Shown piece after piece: positions 31,566-39,789 of a stretch of DNA of 64,000 nt. The position numbers were made by a program, and so were the translations under genes. Source of the DNA: a virus; the IMG/VR virus record IMGVR_UViG_3300022752_000021; one strand, written 5' to 3'. Numbering within the stretch: position 1 is the stretch's first letter; every line of letters starts with the position of its first letter. The notes beneath the pieces were generated by a model, which was not told where the DNA came from, did not search any database, and saw only the letters and a list, made by a program, of their open reading frames with translations.

Positions 31566-31756
31566 TGCTCTGTCACGATAGCCTTGGGAATCTGTATAAC
31601 ACAAATTTTGCGTTGATGCAGCACCACAAGTATTCGCTGACAGAGTTGGAAAATATGATTCCATGGGAAAGAGAAGTATATGTAAATATGATTGTGAAGT
31701 TTATAAAGGATGAAAATGAACGACTAAAGCAACAGCAGTTACAAACGAGCAGATAA
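31565..31756 (+). CDS. gp51: Baseplate hub assembly catalyst gp51
   Basis: NFALMQHHKYSLTELENMIPWEREVY. Confidence 0.92.
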   Translation: MLCHDSLGNLYNTNFALMQHHKYSLTELENMIPWEREVYVNMIVKFIKDENERLKQQQLQTSR

Positions 31757-33448
31757 ATGGCACTACCAAATCCGAGTTCAACACCCCAAACAACACCACC
31801 AATCGACAATAGCATACGAGAAGCCATTTCGACAGGTATCAAGGCTGGATTGTTGACCACACAGAGCAGGATATTTTCTAAAGTTCCAAGAATTCTTGGC
31901 GGTGGTATTCTCGCAGAGAGAGCAGAAGAAAAACGACGAGAACTTTATGCACGTCAAGGTAGAGATGTTGTAACGGGAAGAAAACTCACCAAAGAAGAGA
32001 TCGAAGAACGAGAACGTCGTAAGATGTCGCAAGATGCGATGGGTGAGATCAATGAAAATGTTGATCTGATTCGCATACTACTTGAAAAGCATTTTGGTAA
32101 AGCACCAACTGGCACACTTCCTATGTTGGGGTTGGCAGGAATGCCAAAGATACTATCACCTAATAAGGGTACAACACCTTATGAGTTAGCAGATGAATCA
32201 GGTGGAGTAAATCTTGCTCAAGAAGAACAGCAGATAGAGCAACGGGAAGCAGACAAAGAAACACAACTTGAAGTTCAAGAAGAAAACCACGCATTCCTAG
32301 AGAAACTGTTTGAAAAATACTTCGGTGTTGCTAAAACAAACGAAGATGAAGCACAAACAAAAGAAAATCAGAGTATGCTTGGAAGCATATTCAGCAAAAT
32401 TGCTGGTGCTGTAGATTTTATTAGTGATGTAAAAACTCTTGGTGGAGCAAAACTTCTAAAGAAAATTCCTGGTGCTGCAAGGATTGGTCGTGTATTCGGT
32501 TTGGGTGCAGCAGCGACAACTGGTGCAGCAGCGACAACTGGTGCAGCAGCGACAACTGGTGCGGCGGCTACAGGCGCGGCAACGACAACTGGTGCAGCAA
32601 CGACAACTAGTGCGACGAAAGCGGGTGCAGCGGCTACAGGAGGAAAAGGATTCTTTGCAAGAATTGGCGGTTCTCTTGGCAAACTAACAGGTAGAGCAAT
32701 CGGTGCAGTGAGAAACGCGGGAGCGGGTTTGATGAAAATGGGTATTGGACCATTGGCTAAAAGCATTTTCGCTTTCTTGGGACCGATACTGACAGGTGTT
32801 TTTGGCGCAATGGATATTTCAAGCATAAAGCATGATTCGACACTATCTGATAAAGAAAAGAAAGAACAGATAGGACTCAAAATTGGTGGTATGATGACTT
32901 CCATGGGCGCACAAATTGCAGCAGCATTGATGGCACCTGGTGCTGGAAATGTTATTGTTGGCGCACTTGATGCTTTTGGTGTGGGACCACAAGCATTGGG
33001 TGAATGGCTAACATCCATGCTTGGCGGTGAGAAACTTTACGATTTTGCATCAGCAATACCTGGAATTAGTTCCTTACTAGAACTTCCCAAGGGAGTAGAT
33101 AGGGAAGGAACTCCAACTATGGAGCCAACACAGCAGAATGTTCCATCTGCTGAAGAGTATAACAAGTTTGGTATGAATACTGGAATGGAAACTCCAGCAA
33201 TAACTCCAACACAAGTAGCCGCCGCAGTTCCGAACATCACGCCAACATCCGCTGCAACATTAGGTAATCTTCAGGTGGAAAGTTCTGCTTTGAAGTCTGC
33301 GCCTCAAATAATGCCACCTGTTGTTGTTCCAACAAACAATGCGGTTGTGAACAACACCAACAATGTATCTTGGATGTCATCATTGACAGCAACAAGATCT
33401 GGTGCCGATCTTGATGAGAAGGTGTTCAAACTTGGTCTTGCATTCTGA
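31757..33448 (+). CDS. Putative tape-measure/hub protein (gp29-like position)
   Basis: 563 aa, helical and Ala/Gly-rich with hydrophobic segments; follows gp26-gp51. Confidence 0.55.
   Translation: MALPNPSSTPQTTPPIDNSIREAISTGIKAGLLTTQSRIFSKVPRILGGGILAERAEEKRRELYARQGRDVVTGRKLTKEEIEERERRKMSQDAMGEINENVDLIRILLEKHFGKAPTGTLPMLGLAGMPKILSPNKGTTPYELADESGGVNLAQEEQQIEQREADKETQLEVQEENHAFLEKLFEKYFGVAKTNEDEAQTKENQSMLGSIFSKIAGAVDFISDVKTLGGAKLLKKIPGAARIGRVFGLGAAATTGAAATTGAAATTGAAATGAATTTGAATTTSATKAGAAATGGKGFFARIGGSLGKLTGRAIGAVRNAGAGLMKMGIGPLAKSIFAFLGPILTGVFGAMDISSIKHDSTLSDKEKKEQIGLKIGGMMTSMGAQIAAALMAPGAGNVIVGALDAFGVGPQALGEWLTSMLGGEKLYDFASAIPGISSLLELPKGVDREGTPTMEPTQQNVPSAEEYNKFGMNTGMETPAITPTQVAAAVPNITPTSAATLGNLQVESSALKSAPQIMPPVVVPTNNAVVNNTNNVSWMSSLTATRSGADLDEKVFKLGLAF
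32504..32642 (+). repeat. 18-bp coding tandem repeat GGTGCAGCAGCGACAACT (GAAATT)
   Basis: Three exact copies at 32504-32557 followed by degenerate copies. Confidence 0.9.
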
Positions 33449-33848
33449 GTTTGTTGAATAGTTTCATATCAAACTCATGGATGCCATCATCCATCGTGTA
33501 GAAGATCTTATCGAAACACTTCACACACCAAGGCATACACTTGGGACATGGGCGCGAGATACGCATCTGTCCGTGGCTATTGAAACGAAAGTTCCATAGT
33601 TCAAGACCTTCGCGTTTGTCGCACTTCAGGAATGCATCAAGTTCTGAATGCACTTCGCCAAAAAGATATCCGTGTTTGACTGCAAGAGGGTGTGTCTTGA
33701 AACGGTTGACACCAACAGCAAGGATTCGATTCTTGTGCAGAATGACGCTGCAATGCTTCTTCCTACGAGGAATCTCAAGGCACTTTGCATAGGCAAAGTC
33801 GATCAACTTGCGGTGTTTTTCGGGATCTATCATAATAAAGATCTTCAT
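33426..33848 (-). CDS. Zn-dependent cytidine/dCMP-deaminase-superfamily protein
   Basis: H.SVI...RILAVGVN, HSE (HxE) and RPCPKC (PCxxC) motifs. Confidence 0.8.
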   Translation of the reverse strand: MKIFIMIDPEKHRKLIDFAYAKCLEIPRRKKHCSVILHKNRILAVGVNRFKTHPLAVKHGYLFGEVHSELDAFLKCDKREGLELWNFRFNSHGQMRISRPCPKCMPWCVKCFDKIFYTMDDGIHEFDMKLFNKLRMQDQV

Positions 33849-34154
33849 CCAATCCCGACACTCCTATTTATGGAGTTGTCAGAGATGCTTCTGAAAACAT
33901 TCTATTCGAATTCAAAAGAATGTTATTGTTGCTTTTGCGAGTGCTGCGAGGATCAACATCGTGAAGGTAAATATCGCTAGTACCTTGGCAACACCTAGTG
34001 CTATCATTGTCGAGTCATCATCGTCTTCCTGTTTCATATTCATAACCATACCTCCATATAATGTATGGGTCAAGCAACACCACAAATCAAATCTTTGAAT
34101 GATTTGTTTCTGAATCTATTCGTGCGAGATAAAAACATTCTTTCTCTCACTTCC

Positions 34155-34182
34155 TTGACTTCCCCAAAGTAGACGTTACTCT
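34155..34182 (+). promoter_or_regulatory. Sigma70-type early promoter
   Basis: TTGACT-16 bp-TACTCT at the start of the plus-strand accessory region. Confidence 0.5.
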
Positions 34183-34271
34183 TATGTCGATGAAGGTCAT
34201 GGTGTCCTTCGAAGCGCACTTGTTGAGGAAGGGAGTCCTCGACGTATAGATATAGGAAGATTGGTGGCTTT

Positions 34272-34538
34272 GTGAAGTTGTTCCGAATGCTCATAGATAC
34301 TGACTCCAACCCAGATGACGATGTCCCCATTGTCAAAGGAAAGGAGACTGGTATTATGGAGGAGAAGAACATGTTTGAAGGAGTTAGTGACTCTCGCAAG
34401 GAAGCAATGATCCACGATCTCATCCTAGTGGTGAAGTCGGCAATGACGAAAGTGAATGCAAGGGAACAACTTTGGTGCGACATCCTTGCTAAGACTGAAA
34501 ATGACATTCGCAGGGTCGTAAACGAAACGATCCGATGA
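34272..34538 (+). CDS. Hypothetical protein
   Basis: ORF in the plus-strand array; true start may be downstream (GGAG before ATG at about 34356). Confidence 0.5.
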   Translation: MKLFRMLIDTDSNPDDDVPIVKGKETGIMEEKNMFEGVSDSRKEAMIHDLILVVKSAMTKVNAREQLWCDILAKTENDIRRVVNETIR

Positions 34539-34549
34539 AGGAGTGAAAC

Positions 34550-34936
34550 ATGAAAATGGAATTCGATCACAAGTTCGTGGCAGCATTCAATACGTTTATG
34601 ACAAGTCTCAAGACGCTTGTCGAAACTTCGACCGCATCGGCTAGCACAGCAGACTACGAAGAAGGATACAAGTACATTCGCATCATTCTTGTTCGAACAG
34701 ATGCGGATGGTTCAAAAAAGAAGTCTGCGTGGGGATTCATCGACAAGCGAAGTGCCGACATTTTCCGCGCGGCAAGTTGGAAGGCTCCATGCCTCAATCA
34801 CATTCGCGGTAATCTTTACGACGATGACAATGGTCTGAAGCATTGCCATTGGACTGGTCCTGCGTACATATGGGCAATCAATGATTCCAAAAAGGAGGCA
34901 GTCGCGGCTCAACCCGCTCCCGAAGGAGGGATCTAA
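34550..34936 (+). CDS. Conserved T4-like phage hypothetical protein
   Basis: KYIRI...SAWGFIDK..DI..AASWKAP..HIRGNL pattern recalled from marine/freshwater myoviruses; GGAG RBS. Confidence 0.7.
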   Translation: MKMEFDHKFVAAFNTFMTSLKTLVETSTASASTADYEEGYKYIRIILVRTDADGSKKKSAWGFIDKRSADIFRAASWKAPCLNHIRGNLYDDDNGLKHCHWTGPAYIWAINDSKKEAVAAQPAPEGGI

Positions 34937-35205
34937 TGGGCTACAGACTGCACATCGACATTCCACTCAATCTCACCGAAGACGAGGCAATCAAGGACAG
35001 CCTTGCTATCATGTCTGCCATCGAAAACATTCTGTTGACGAACGTAAAAACTGAAGCCGATACTATCAACTATCGTCTTGGTCACGACGATGATCGTCAG
35101 AAGTCGAACTACCTCGACAAGAATGAGAATGGACACGTCAGCAACAAGAAGTCAAAGATTCTTGTGAAGAGAGAGTTGACAGCATCCGAAGGCACGATAG
35201 AGTAA
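34936..35205 (+). CDS. Hypothetical protein
   Basis: Coupled ORF with GGAGG RBS. Confidence 0.6.
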   Translation: MGYRLHIDIPLNLTEDEAIKDSLAIMSAIENILLTNVKTEADTINYRLGHDDDRQKSNYLDKNENGHVSNKKSKILVKRELTASEGTIE

Positions 35206-35616
35206 TCATGAGAGCGAAAGAAGACCATGATCAAACTCCCAGTGACAGTTGGGACAAAGCCCAACAATGTTCTTGGGATCATTAATTTCAGAAATAGTAG
35301 CGGTTTCAGGAAAGGCTTTGACGGGTTTGATATGACACATTTCGACATGCTTATCATAACCGCAGTTTTGGCATTTGGTTATGATTCCTTCGAATGCGTC
35401 TCTTGCATGATAGCGGATTTTGGCGTAACGATTGGATACATGACCTCTCTGATAAGTTGATTCTCCTTTGGTGGTGTTTAAACATGATTCTTTCAACTCT
35501 TTCTTGTTCAACTCCCCACAGGGCTTGCAATACTTGCGCCCCGATCCACACCACGCACCACACCGTTTGCACATAATCTTTCTTCTGTATTCTCTGTTAG
35601 TAGTTCGATTTGACAT
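35206..35616 (-). CDS. HNH endonuclease (free-standing, tRNA-adjacent; paralog 1)
   Basis: N-terminal CxxC zinc finger; C-terminal CQNCGYDKHVEMCHIKP...N...LCPNCHWEFDH. Confidence 0.88.
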   Translation of the reverse strand: MSNRTTNREYRRKIMCKRCGAWCGSGRKYCKPCGELNKKELKESCLNTTKGESTYQRGHVSNRYAKIRYHARDAFEGIITKCQNCGYDKHVEMCHIKPVKAFPETATISEINDPKNIVGLCPNCHWEFDHGLLSLS

Positions 35617-35617
35617 A

Positions 35618-35658
35618 TGAATCCCTCCTCAACTTATATATAAAACTGTTGGGATTCA
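35618..35658 (-). promoter_or_regulatory. RBS-sequestering hairpin with late-promoter-like TATATATA
   Basis: Minus strand TGAATCCC-AACAGTTT-TATATATA-AGTTGAGGA-GGGATTCA-T-ATG; the 8-bp inverted repeat overlaps the GAGGAGG SD. Confidence 0.7.
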
Positions 35659-35664
35659 AACAAC

Positions 35665-35735
35665 GCGCTGAGGGCGGACAGTTTCGCAGGCTCGCTTATA
35701 ACGAGTTCAAGCCAGGGCAGCACTGGATCGGCGTA
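35665..35735 (+). tRNA. Non-canonical tRNA-Ile(UAU)-like RNA
   Basis: Acceptor GCGCTGA/TCGGCGT+A; D-stem GCGG/TCGC; anticodon stem GGCTCG/CGAGTT with loop CT-TAT-AA; T-arm CCAG-GGCAGCA-CTGG lacking TTC. Confidence 0.65.
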
Positions 35736-35810
35736 TTTCTCAAACAGGCTCTTCGCACATGAGTCGCTGCGACAGAAGCCAAACAATCGCGACTCACAGG
35801 AGATTTTGCA

Positions 35811-36134
35811 ATGTTCGGACTTAGCAATAACAGTGTGTTCAAGTATGTCGGTGTTCTCTCTGCTCTCGTCTTCGTGTGGTTCACGTTCCTCTCACCAGAG
35901 AGCGCAAATGCAGCACAGAAGGCAAACTACGGTTTGATTGCCCTGTTTGCATCTCTTGCACTTTACTACTACTCGCAATTCACTCGCGAGCGTTCATTCC
36001 AAGAGAATGACAGTGTGTATCGTCGCATTGATGATGTTGAGCGTGAGTTCAACCTTCGCATCAATGAAGTTGAGCGTGAAGTCAACGAATGTGTTGATAG
36101 CAAGTGCGCTGATTCTTGCAAGCGCGGTCGCTGA
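35811..36134 (+). CDS. Membrane protein (two TM segments plus coiled coil)
   Basis: Two hydrophobic segments; AGGAG RBS. Confidence 0.7.
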   Translation: MFGLSNNSVFKYVGVLSALVFVWFTFLSPESANAAQKANYGLIALFASLALYYYSQFTRERSFQENDSVYRRIDDVEREFNLRINEVEREVNECVDSKCADSCKRGR

Positions 36135-36204
36135 TGATTGATGGTGTCCGTCTACCATGAGTGGCGGCAGAGGGTTCGCGCATTCTGCGAATAACGCGAT
36201 TTCG

Positions 36205-36696
36205 TTAGTGGTCTAGTTCCCAGTGACAATTCGGACAAAGAAATGCAATGTTTTTTCTGGAGTTGATCTCTGAAAGCAGAGTATCATCGCTAAAGGATGA
36301 TATTGGTTTTACATGACATAACTCCGTGTGTTTGTCATAGCCGCATTTTTCACAACAATCAGTTTTCCAACCAAACATAGTTGCAAGTCTTTTTCCGTGT
36401 TGCCTTATTTTTTCATATCGGTGCTTTGAGGCATAACTTGAAGAACTACCAACCGAATCTTTTTTTGTTGTCTTGTTTCCGTAGTCAACACAACGACTCT
36501 GTATAGAGCAAGACTTGCAATGTTTAGGTTTGTCAGACTTTTTTCTTCGTGAACACTTTTTACCACATATCACACACTTGTTTTGTGGTTCGGTGCTTCT
36601 TTTTGGAAAAACTTTATTGTTGTGTTTTGCCGCGCAAGATTTTGAGCAAAATTTAGGATTGTTTGTATGTTGTTGGCAGTTTAGACAAAGATTCAT
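36205..36696 (-). CDS. HNH endonuclease (paralog 2)
   Basis: Start at ATG 36696 (MNLCLNC, GGGGGA RBS); NPKFCSKSCAA; CEKCGYDKHTELCHVKP...LCPNCHWELDH. Confidence 0.88.
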   Translation of the reverse strand: MNLCLNCQQHTNNPKFCSKSCAAKHNNKVFPKRSTEPQNKCVICGKKCSRRKKSDKPKHCKSCSIQSRCVDYGNKTTKKDSVGSSSSYASKHRYEKIRQHGKRLATMFGWKTDCCEKCGYDKHTELCHVKPISSFSDDTLLSEINSRKNIAFLCPNCHWELDH

Positions 36697-36706
36697 GTTT
36701 TCCCCC

Positions 36707-36777
36707 GTGAGTATGATGTAACGGCAACATGCCACTCTTCCAAAGTGGCTTTACGGGTTCGAATCCCGTTACTCACA
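36707..36777 (+). tRNA. tRNA-Gly(UCC)
   Basis: GTGAGTA/TACTCAC acceptor; CCACT-CTTCCAA-AGTGG; ACGGG-TTCGAAT-CCCGT. Confidence 0.9.
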
Positions 36778-36799
36778 TTATATATAATAAGTTGGTAGA

Positions 36800-36822
36800 G
36801 GGTTCGAATCCCGTTACCCGCT
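36800..36822 (+). repeat. Duplicated 3' fragment of a tRNA-Gly (T-arm plus acceptor strand)
   Basis: GGGTTCGAATCCCGTTAC is identical to 36755-36772; the fragment continues CCGCT instead of TCACA. Confidence 0.8.
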
Positions 36823-36826
36823 TTTT

Positions 36827-36916
36827 GGACAGATGGCAGAGTGGTCTAATGCTGCGGTTTACTAAACCGCCGATGGTTCTAGAAACCATCCGAGGGTTCG
36901 AATCCTTCTCTGTCCG
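36827..36916 (+). tRNA. tRNA-Ser(ACU), type II
   Basis: GGACAGA/TCTGTCC+G73; GCGGT-TTACTAA-ACCGC; long variable arm GATGGTT..AACCATC; canonical T-loop. Confidence 0.85.
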
Positions 36917-36917
36917 T

Positions 36918-36988
36918 TGTCCGATTGTGTAACGGTAGCACAAGAGATTCTGGTTCTCTTTGTCCTAGTTCGAATCTAGGTCGGACAA
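36918..36988 (+). tRNA. tRNA-Gln(CUG)
   Basis: TGTCCGA/TCGGACA; AGAGA-TTCTGGT-TCTCT; CCTAG-TTCGAAT-CTAGG. Confidence 0.9.
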
Positions 36989-36991
36989 TTT

Positions 36992-37073
<82 letters not shown>

Positions 37074-37078
37074 CTCAA

Positions 37079-37150
37079 GCCGCCATAGTATAAAGGCTAT
37101 TACCGTTGATTTGTAATCATCAAATCTGAGTTCGATTCTCAGTGGTGGCT
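37079..37150 (+). tRNA. tRNA-Thr(UGU)
   Basis: GCCGCCA/TGGTGGC; loop TTTGTAA; CTGAG-TTCGATT-CTCAG. Confidence 0.85.
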
Positions 37151-37153
37151 TTC

Positions 37154-37227
37154 GGTCCTATCGTCTAGTTGGTCTAGGACAGGACACTTTCAATGTCCCA
37201 ACTGGGGTTCGAATCCCCATAGGATCA
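37154..37227 (+). tRNA. tRNA-Glu(UUC)
   Basis: GGTCCTA/TAGGATC; GGACA-CTTTCAA-TGTCC; TGGGG-TTCGAAT-CCCCA. Confidence 0.9.
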
Positions 37228-37234
37228 TTCTTCC

Positions 37235-37597
37235 ATGCCATGTTATGCAATCTCAATCCGTGAAGACAAGGAACACCTCCTGAGAGATGGGGGTGGTTTC
37301 TTGTTCTTCAAGAAAAAGAATCTCGCAATTCAAATGTGTGATTCAATGAATGCACTTCGTAAATCTATGAAGATTGATCAAGTGTATTCGATATGCAAGA
37401 TAGATGAAAAAGATTGGAAAGGCTTTCCAGTAATCTACGATCAGGAGTACGAAGATGACGCTACCGAGCGAGATGTTTCAGGCTATGCGAAACGCACGGC
37501 ACTTCATGCTGGCGTTGATGGATCCGAAGGAAACTCCAAAGGTTCCAAGAGAAATAAGAAAGCGAGCGAGGGATCGACTCAAGCACTTCCCTTCTGA
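37235..37597 (+). CDS. Hypothetical protein
   Basis: ORF after the tRNA cluster; C-terminal part overlaps the next gene. Confidence 0.45.
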   Translation: MPCYAISIREDKEHLLRDGGGFLFFKKKNLAIQMCDSMNALRKSMKIDQVYSICKIDEKDWKGFPVIYDQEYEDDATERDVSGYAKRTALHAGVDGSEGNSKGSKRNKKASEGSTQALPF

Positions 37598-37778
37598 ATA
37601 CGAAATCACCGAATTGGAAAAGATGTATTCATTCAAAGACAAGGATCCAAACATTCTTCTCAATGAGTGCATGAAGCGTCTTGACTCCATTCGCGGAGAA
37701 CTTACCATAGTGAACAAGAAGGTTGGTGATGTCGGCAACGGCATCGTTGAAGTAATTCAAAACTCAAGGAGTCAATGA
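37455..37778 (+). CDS. Conserved small phage protein (BPSL0761-like MT.P.E...P.VP..IR..A...L.HFP)
   Basis: Motif recognised by eye; AGGAG RBS. Confidence 0.65.
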   Translation: MTLPSEMFQAMRNARHFMLALMDPKETPKVPREIRKRARDRLKHFPSEYEITELEKMYSFKDKDPNILLNECMKRLDSIRGELTIVNKKVGDVGNGIVEVIQNSRSQ

Positions 37779-37779
37779 G

Positions 37780-38034
37780 ATGCCAAACAGTAAAGCAAAG
37801 AGTGTTGCGAGAAAGCATCGCAAAGCACGAAACCGTTGGAAGACCAAGAACCGTGAGAGTCTCACCCATGCAAAGGTGAAATCTCCACCAAAGAAGAAGC
37901 AATCTGTTTTTGAGCGAGCGAAAACATCCCCTCTGGCGGGGGCTTCCCCGTCAGCCGTATCTAACCCGTCAGAGGGGACTCCTCGCACCGCGTCAACGAT
38001 GTTGTTCACTGAACTCAAAGCAAAGGGTGGATGA
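37780..38034 (+). CDS. Basic hypothetical protein
   Basis: Lys/Arg-rich; AGGAG RBS. Confidence 0.55.
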   Translation: MPNSKAKSVARKHRKARNRWKTKNRESLTHAKVKSPPKKKQSVFERAKTSPLAGASPSAVSNPSEGTPRTASTMLFTELKAKGG

Positions 38035-38300
38035 AAATGGAAAAAACACAAATTGTCGAATCACTCCATCAAGGTGTTTGTGAAGTGGTGTTTACAAAAC
38101 AAGACGGCACGGAGCGTACACTTCGATGTACGCGATCTGCAAGCATTGCACCAATCACCAACACTAAAACCCTCCTCAATGAGGAGGGTGGTGGTCCAGA
38201 TGTGATCCCTGTGTGGGACATGGATTCTGCACAATGGCGATCATTCAATATGAACACCATCAAGTCATTCCGCAAGATTGGAACTACTTTGAATGGTTAA
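38031..38300 (+). CDS. SH3-like WYL_2/DUF2693-type protein
   Basis: L..GVC.V.FTK.DGTER.L.CT ... VWD.D...WRSF. Confidence 0.8.
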   Translation: MKMEKTQIVESLHQGVCEVVFTKQDGTERTLRCTRSASIAPITNTKTLLNEEGGGPDVIPVWDMDSAQWRSFNMNTIKSFRKIGTTLNG

Positions 38301-38311
38301 GTGAAAACACC

Positions 38312-38385
38312 GCCCCTCTAACTCAATTGGCAAGAGTAGCGGTCTTTTAAACCGCATTGTCTGGGTTCAAGTCCCAGGGGGGGCA
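38312..38385 (+). tRNA. tRNA-Lys(UUU)
   Basis: GCCCCTC/GGGGGGC; GCGGT-CTTTTAA-ACCGC; CTGGG-TTCAAGT-CCCAG. Confidence 0.92.
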
Positions 38386-38450
38386 TTGATGTGTGAATTT
38401 GGCGCGGTAGACTTTCTCGGATTCATAAATAAGCATGGAGGTTTGAATCC

Positions 38451-38813
38451 ATGCCATATAAAGATCCAGAACAAAAGAAGAAACATCGAAAAGCATACTA
38501 TGAACGGACAAAGGCGCAAGCACACGAATACTACCTAGAAAACAAACTCAAGTTTCGTGATAGAAATCGTGTGGCTAGAAGAAGAAATACCGAATTTGTC
38601 AATGAATACAAAGTAAAACACGGGTGTAGTAAATGCGGATACAAAGCCCATGCTTGTGGCATAGACTTTCATCACACGGAAAAGAAGAAAGAGAATGTAG
38701 CAAGAATGGCAAAATCATGCCTTTCGATAGAAAGTCTTTTGGGGGAGATGTCGAAATGTATTTTACTGTGTGCTACTTGTCACAGAGAAGAACATTACGC
38801 ACATAAATCGTAG
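38451..38813 (+). CDS. HNH endonuclease (distinct family) between tRNA-Lys and tRNA-Leu
   Basis: CSKCGY....IDFHH...K...E..KC.LLCATCHREEH; upstream GGATTCA-TAAATA...GGAGG-TGAATCC hairpin. Confidence 0.85.
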   Translation: MPYKDPEQKKKHRKAYYERTKAQAHEYYLENKLKFRDRNRVARRRNTEFVNEYKVKHGCSKCGYKAHACGIDFHHTEKKKENVARMAKSCLSIESLLGEMSKCILLCATCHREEHYAHKS

Positions 38814-38821
38814 AAAACTTC

Positions 38822-38904
38822 GCCAGCGTGGTGGAATGGCTTACACGGTTCACTCAAAATGAACTGATCGATAGATCATGCAGGTTCGAATCCTGTCGCT
38901 GGTA
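38822..38904 (+). tRNA. tRNA-Leu(CAA)
   Basis: GCCAGCG/CGCTGGT; GTTCA-CTCAAAA-TGAAC; variable arm TGATC..GATCA; TTCGAAT. Confidence 0.92.
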
Positions 38905-38906
38905 TT

Positions 38907-39170
38907 ATGAACAGAGAACGCTACATCGAACTAGAACGCACAGGTCAAGGACTAACCAAGGAAGAGTGGGAGCAGGGTTGGCATTGGTGCAACGAATGGG
39001 ATGGAATGCTTGTCGGTCCCAACACCGACGAAGCACTTGTCTGTTCTTGCAACCATCCTGCCATCGAAGCATGGAAGGAATCGGAAGAAGGTAAGAAGAT
39101 GCAGAAGGAACTTGACGAGCGATTCGAAAAACTCACCGAGAAAAACTTCTTGATGGAGGACGGCAAGTGA
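38907..39170 (+). CDS. Hypothetical protein (LT.EE...GWHWC.EWDG.L motif)
   Basis: ORF coupled to the next gene through a GTGA overlap. Confidence 0.65.
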   Translation: MNRERYIELERTGQGLTKEEWEQGWHWCNEWDGMLVGPNTDEALVCSCNHPAIEAWKESEEGKKMQKELDERFEKLTEKNFLMEDGK

Positions 39171-39541
39171 GCGACAAGAACTACGAACCAACCTATGAAG
39201 GTCAACTGGACAAGTGCCAAGACGAAAGACACGCACTGCAAATGCAACTTGAGGAATATCAGGAGTGCTTTGCAAATCTCCACAAGGAACACCATGAGTT
39301 GTGGGATGATTTTGAGCGTGTCACGAAGGAACGGGATGAGGCTCGTAGGAGAATCTGCGAAACCACCGACATGACCAACCCCAACGATGACTGCTATGTG
39401 CGATTGACTCCGAAGCAGATTGCAGAGCATTATGGTTGGGATTGCTACAAGAAGCCATATTGCTTTCGTGTAAACGGCGTTGTCGTTTCTAAGGGCAAGG
39501 CAGTCCCACCTAAGTTTGAACTTGGAGAGGATGACGAATGA
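39167..39541 (+). CDS. ERD.ARR..C / GWDC family protein (paralog)
   Basis: ERDEARRRIC...IAEHYGWDCYK. Confidence 0.7.
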   Translation: MSDKNYEPTYEGQLDKCQDERHALQMQLEEYQECFANLHKEHHELWDDFERVTKERDEARRRICETTDMTNPNDDCYVRLTPKQIAEHYGWDCYKKPYCFRVNGVVVSKGKAVPPKFELGEDDE

Positions 39542-39789
39542 GCGATGATATTGTGGCACGGTTGCGCTACTACACACAGGTAGATACGACAAGTCCTGTC
39601 TTTATAGTCAATGCCGATCTTCTCAAAGCCGCCGACGAGATCGAACGACTTCGCGCGGAACGCGACGAAGCGAGGCGCGAAGTGTGTCAAATGAAAGGAA
39701 CCGTCAGGTGGAATCATTATTTTCCACACTTTGATCCGAAGGGTTATGCGGAGAATCGCGGGTGGGATTGCCACAAGGATTACAAGTGA
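39538..39789 (+). CDS. ERD.ARR..C / GWDC family protein (paralog)
   Basis: DIVARL...AADEIERLRAERDEARREVC...AENRGWDCHK. Confidence 0.7.
   Translation: MSDDIVARLRYYTQVDTTSPVFIVNADLLKAADEIERLRAERDEARREVCQMKGTVRWNHYFPHFDPKGYAENRGWDCHKDYK

Noticed and set aside
34184-34250. Hairpin-rich leader or 19-codon ORF after the early promoter
   Set aside because: A leader peptide cannot be told from chance structure without homologs
36140-36200. Two small hairpins after the membrane-protein gene as a possible ncRNA or tRNA 5' remnant
   Set aside because: Stems are short and imperfect, with no T-loop or anticodon arm
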